The translations under genes and the position numbers were made by a program. A stretch of 52,765 bases of DNA, the filler included, from Sphacelaria rigidula (lineage: Eukaryota): NCBI GenBank assembly GCA_964200075.2. It is 4 parts of 4 records of this genome, joined end to end, with 100 filler letters (N's around TTAATTAATTAA, not from the genome) between each part and the next. Parts side by side here need not be neighbours in the genome. Positions count along the whole stretch, not along the records: positions 39,651 to 52,765 come from CAXNAA020003143.1; 3 more parts are not named here. One strand, 5' to 3'. Shown here one piece after another: positions 47,921 through 52,765 of this stretch; position 1 is the first letter of the stretch, and every line of letters starts with the position of its first letter. Below the pieces are notes generated by a model. That model was not told the origin of the DNA. It was given only the letters and a program-made list of their open reading frames with translations, and made no database searches.

Positions 47921-50689
47921 AAGGGGGGTGACCGCACTATCGCCGGGGTCACCGAGGAGGGAGATGATGACGAGATCACGACGTATGTCGACGCTCGATA
48001 TCTGGGGTCATGCGAGGCGGCCTGGCGTATCTTCGACCTTGGCATGAGCGACCGTCACCCGTCAGTTATGCATCTTGCTGTACATGGACCAGACGGTCAG
48101 TACGTTATGTTCACACCGGGTATCGCGCAGCAAGTGCCGGCGAACGGCGGGGCCACTACTCTCACGGTGCACTTCGCAAAGAACGCGGAGGTGGGGCTGG
48201 ATAACTCCACACGACAAATACTGTACCACAACTTCCCCGCGCACTTCACCTGGCACACCAATACCAAGACATGGAAGGATCGCCGGCGGCAGACGGGTCA
48301 GATCGGGCGTGTTTACACCGCCCATCCATCATCGGGCGAGAGGTTCTACATCCGTCTCCTGCTCTACCATGTTGCTGGGGCCACGTCTTTCCAAGCGCTG
48401 CGCACGTTGGATGATGGAGAAGTATGCGAGACATTCCACGAGGCTTGCCGCGGCCGTTTCCTGCTGCAGAATGATGACGAGTGGAACCGCTGCCTACACG
48501 ACACCATCCTCTCGCAGACATCCATTCCCGCCCTCCGTCAGCTTTTTGTTACCCTCTCGCGGTGCTGTCAGGTCCAGAAGCCCCTGCTACTGTGGAATCG
48601 TCACTGCGATGAGCTCGCCGCCGATTCCCTCCACCAGACCCGCCAGTTAGACAGCGAAAGGCAACTGGAAGACGACATCCGCAACCTGGCGCTGTTAGAC
48701 ATTGACCGCAGCCTTCGCTCCGTGGGCTCCAGCGCCGTCAAGCACGGGCTGCCTGAGCCTCAAGAACCCGCCGTGTCCAACTACCGCAGCACGATACCTC
48801 CGGAGATCAGAGGCGAGTTCCGCGGCGTCGACCGACGGCAACTCCAACAACATGCCGCTGCCAATGTCGCCCTCCTCAACGCCGACCAGCGCGCCGCTTA
48901 CGACGCCATCATGAACGCTCACGCACGTCTCCGCACTAACGACGGTGCTGGCTTTCCACGTCGGAGTAGAGAAGATGTCGGCCCCAATGATAATGATCAA
49001 GGGCACGTCGGCCATTGGACGACGCGGTGGCTACCGGCTTCACCGGCAGGTTGGGACGGCATATTCTTTGTCGACGGCCACGGCGGCACGGGAAGGGCAT
49101 TCCTCTACGGCATTCTCATCTCCGCCATTCGCGGTATGGGTGCGACTGTTGTCGCCGCCGCAAGCAGCGGCGTTGCCTCCACCCTATTACCAGTTGATCG
49201 CATGGCTCACTCCGCCTTCGGCATTCCGACCAACATCAAGGAGGATCAGTCGTGCTGTATTGTGAAAGAGAACGGTCGGGCTCAACTGTTGAGGATGGCA
49301 GATGTAATCTTCTGGGATGAGGCGCCTATGTCTCACCGCTACTGTCACGAAGCGCTGGAGCGGACGCTGCGGGATATATGTGACACAGACCTCCCGTGGG
49401 GGGGTGAAATCGTCATGGGTGGAGACTTCAGGCAGGTGAGACTGTGCTCAAGTGTTGCTATCCGCCCTGTCGCCGTGGTGCGGCATGTACCTTCCTCCCC
49501 CCCCCTTCCTCTTCCTACTCTCCCGTCCCTCCCCCCCCGCCCCCCCCCCCCGCGCCCCCCCCCCCCCCCCCCCGCTTCGCCCCACAGTCACATTCGCCGC
49601 CCCTCTCCCTCCCCCACGCCGCTGCACCCGACACACAATCGCTGTACCCGCTGCTGGTAGGTGCTACCCGTCGTGCGCAGGGGAGCACCGGCTCAGGTCG
49701 CAGATGCTTGCGTGAAGAGTTCAGCATTGTGGGACAACGTGCGCACCCTCACCCTCACCGTCAACATGCGTGCCCTGCGCGCGGGGGCAGACAGAGACCG
49801 CCTCCGCGATTATTGTGCATGGCAGATGCGCATCGGGGACGGGACAGGGGAGGAAGTGCCCGTCATGGACGACAGCAGGCATTTGATGAAGATTCCATCC
49901 GCGCATTGCGTCCCATCTGGCTAAATTAGGGACCTGATCTCCAGGATCCACACATTGCCTCACTTTCAGACATGGGCAACGCCGCCATCCTGGCTCCCAG
50001 GAACGACACCGTTCGACAAGTGAACGCCACCCTCATGGAGCACGTCCAGGTCGCCGTTTTCTCCAGCTTCAGTGTTGACGAGACGGAAGATACCACTGAC
50101 GCCATGGTATACACGCCGGAGTTTTCCCACTCACCCACGCCCGCCGATATGGCCGCACACGAGGTGGTGCTCAAGGTCACAGCTCCATACATTCTACTGC
50201 GAACCATCAACTGCACCCTGGGCCTCTTCAATGAGACGAGGTTCGAACTACTGCATGCCACACCGCGGGTTCTCCGCGTTCGCATTTCTGCGGGACCTCA
50301 CAGGGACAATATCGCCTTCGCCCCGCGTATAGTAGTGAACAACAACGACGACGAACTCCCGTTCGCCTTCAAACGTCGCCAGTTCATCATTGCCCCTGCT
50401 TTCGCAATGACGATCAACAAGGCTCAGGGACAAAGCTTCGACCGCGTTGGCGTGTACCTGCCGACCCCGGTTTTCTCTCATGGTCAGCTATACGTCGCCA
50501 TTTCGCGCGCGACTTCGTCAGACAATCTCTACATCGCAACCGGCGACGGCCAAACGCCTTTGCTCGACGGTACCACGGCTACTTGCACTGAGAATATCGT
50601 TCACGGGGAGGTTGCTGGACGGCCCCGCGACCGCGCGCCTTACTATCCAGAGGATTCCACAGCATCTCCTGCCCGATCGGCAAGGAGAG

Positions 50690-51196
50690 ATGCCCTCACC
50701 GCGTGGAGGTAGGGGAGGGCAGCGCGGGGCAGGAGGGCGGCGTGGGGCACCACGTGCCGCGGGAATGGGAGCAAGAGCAGGGAGGGGATCCACACCGGGG
50801 AGAGGAGCAATGGCGGGAAGGGGGCAGACACAAGGGCAACAACGAAGGCCTGGACGTCTTCGCGTTTGGTTTTGTCAAGACATGAACCCCGCGAGTCGGA
50901 CGTTGGAGGCATGGTTGTCCATGTGCCAGCCGGGGGAAACATACGCCTGGTTGTACATGCCCATCATAACTGCTACGCTGAACTGCAAAGGAGGGGTCTG
51001 CCAGGGTCATGACGATTACGAAAGGCCAGCGGGGTTCGAAAACATCGTAAACAGCTACCGTCAGGCGTTTTCCCTCAACGATAACCTCCGCTCTCGAGTT
51101 GACGCATACGACCAGCGTTTTGCCCATGCCATACTGGCCGCCGACGCCTCACTACTGCCGACGAGGATTGATGAGCTAGGATTGGATGGTCTTTGA
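50690..51196 (+). CDS. Unknown 168-aa ORF with RGG-rich N-terminus inside the Helitron
   Basis: ATG 50690 MPSPRGGRGGQRGAGGRRG... then a globular-looking region RLRVWFCQD...ELGLDGL*; overlaps the helicase stop. Confidence 0.5.
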   Translation: MPSPRGGRGGQRGAGGRRGAPRAAGMGARAGRGSTPGRGAMAGRGQTQGQQRRPGRLRVWFCQDMNPASRTLEAWLSMCQPGETYAWLYMPIITATLNCKGGVCQGHDDYERPAGFENIVNSYRQAFSLNDNLRSRVDAYDQRFAHAILAADASLLPTRIDELGLDGL

Positions 51197-51282
51197 CTTT
51201 GTTGCTGTGCATCCGGTACGGGGTTCGACGATTGACGGGGATCGATTCTCCTCGGTTTGATACTTGCTTTTTTTGGATGGAT

Positions 51283-51648
51283 TACTTTCTTCTGCAGGGC
51301 GGTTGTACGCCAGCACGGTTTGGTCTCTCCATCCGCGGTGGTCACAGTTTGCTGTTCGGTTAGAGATCTTCATGTGCTTACCCAGCGTCTACTAACAAAT
51401 AATGGTTGACGTCAGGGCCATTTCCGTTCGCGCCATATTGCTCAAAACCTCCACGCGCCCGAGACAGTCGGTACTTTCTTCTGTTGGGCGGTTTTACGTC
51501 AGCACGATTTTGTTTCTCTTCATCCACGGTGGTCACAATTTGCTGTTCGGTTAGAGATCTTCATGTGCTTACCCAGCGTGTACTAATGAAAAATGGTTGA
51601 CGTCAGGGCCATTTCCGTTTGCGCCATATTGCTCAAAACCTCCACGCG
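51283..51648 (+). repeat. Two ~175-bp direct repeats in the Helitron 3' region
   Basis: 51283-51457 and 51472-51648 are highly similar. Confidence 0.92.
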
Positions 51649-52693
51649 GCCGGTCTCGGGCGCGTGGATAGCTGCAGCACTTCTGCCACGCGCGTCAGCC
51701 GTGGCTTAACACTAGTCCAATGTATCAATGACGTAATGTCACCCCGCTCCTACACTACAATCAAGTCGCCTGGTGTCCGGACTTCCCATACTCTATCCAA
51801 GTAAAAAGTGATCCATATCGGAAGACTATTTTATACACACTTTCACTATCGAACTGGACTGTGCCTCGACCATCCACCACGGAATTATTTTCGTCGCTTG
51901 CGGCAGCATACCGTGGGAAGATATCAACATCGAACGGTATTACAGGTCGTTGGAATCAACTATTCCAACGTTCTATTGTGGTCTGCGGCAGCATCGCCTC
52001 TCGCGAACCCCTATCCTGCCTGCCTCTCTCAAGAAATTGAAAAATAGCACCTGCGATATAGTGCTAACCACGACACAGATTACGAAACAGCACCACCCAG
52101 GAGCACCACCCAGGCCGAACCCATCATCAAGCGCGTTGTGTTCGCTGATTCGGACATATTATGAAGATTATATTATTTCCTAATTCATCATGTTGTATCC
52201 TCAAAATAGCAAGCTGGCCTTGTGACAAAATTATCTAGAGACAAGGTTGGCGCTTCAGTACCCAGGCACACAGGAGCCAGAGCGCATGGCGTGTCCAAGA
52301 ACAGATATCATTACGGCGACTGTAACTTGCGCTTCTGTTTGTTGCAATTGTTATGTGGGTATTTGCCTGTTTGCTCGGGTGAGCTCTTGACGGAATAGCG
52401 TTTATTACATTGCTATCTCCACGTCCCTCTCCGACTGAGGAGTGATCAACTGTGGGAGAAATTCAAAAGTCACTTCTGTGTCGGTACTATTCTGTACTGG
52501 CTGTACTGTTGTACTGATGACCGCTGCGGGGCATGTTACTACATCATGTTTCATCATCGCTTCCTATTTTGAGACCCGTGGTTATGATTTCATCATCGCT
52601 CCCGAAGAAAAGCGATATTCGATACAAAAAAAATGTGGTGATTGCAGCGTTGTGGTTTTCGAAGCCTTGAACAGACAAACTTTACCGTCTGCA

Positions 52694-52765
52694 TATAACA
52701 GTGTTTTCGTGAGATTGAGAGTAGATGATACGATTGAGAGTGGCTTTGATCATTCGCTTTAAGTG
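52694..52765. mobile_element. MITE family B left end (runs off the window)
   Basis: tataacagtgttttcgtgagattgagagtaga...gagtggctttgatcattcgctt. Confidence 0.8.

Larger units (their letters stand above)
44469..50712 (+). pseudogene. Helitron RepHel (Zn finger, HUH Rep, PIF1-like SF1 helicase) with four spliceosomal introns; inactivated
   Basis: CDTC..LW|..CCGRGKV, FLTNIRRMNTAFAF, GRLFQQWVVD, GKPDLFATFSCN|WPEI, IE|SQKHGLPHAH (HUH), VVPYNP, KYVYKG, DGHGGTGR (Walker A K>R), WDEAPM, GDFRQ|VLPV, FAMTINKAQGQS, FSHGQLYVAISR; in-frame stops near 44759, 47848 and 49922. Confidence 0.95.
44469..51715 (+). mobile_element. Helitron (5' end uncertain; candidate A|TCTATAC at 42529)
   Basis: RepHel plus canonical 3' end: hairpin gccacg...cgtggc (51685-51705), then CTAG (51712-51715) followed by T. 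Confidence 0.88.

Noticed and set aside
49436-49660. Proline-rich C-terminus of the 538-aa ORF
   Set aside because: Read-through into a poly-C intron; splicing restores GDFRQ|VLPV

Overview
Eukaryotic, intron-rich and transposon-rich genomic DNA, most likely from a brown alga (Phaeophyceae). That assignment is inferred from gene content, long GT-AG introns, repeat types and TTAGGG tracts. The window is four contigs joined by 100-nt N spacers carrying a TTAATTAATTAA linker. Host genes: a complete 4-exon axonemal dynein light chain 4 gene (DNAL4/LC10, +, 3748-6717), a convergent RWP-RK transcription factor (-, 8153-11227) and a degenerate multi-exon Ser/Thr kinase, probably a pseudogene (+, ~25990-32442). 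Mobile DNA: an RTE-like LINE; nested Ty3/Gypsy elements, including a full-length chromovirus-type copy with LTRs and a 4-bp TSD; three MITE families, one with internal telomere-like TTAGGG; a 1.3-kb foldback element; and a decayed, intron-containing autonomous-type Helitron with a canonical 3' end. The most notable observations are an inverted duplication of a kinase exon forming a 109-bp-arm hairpin (a candidate proto-miRNA or hairpin RNA against its own gene family), and a Helitron flanked by two uncharacterised ORFs: a divergent one with an RPA32C-binding-like motif and a downstream RGG-rich one. All coordinates and counts were made by eye.
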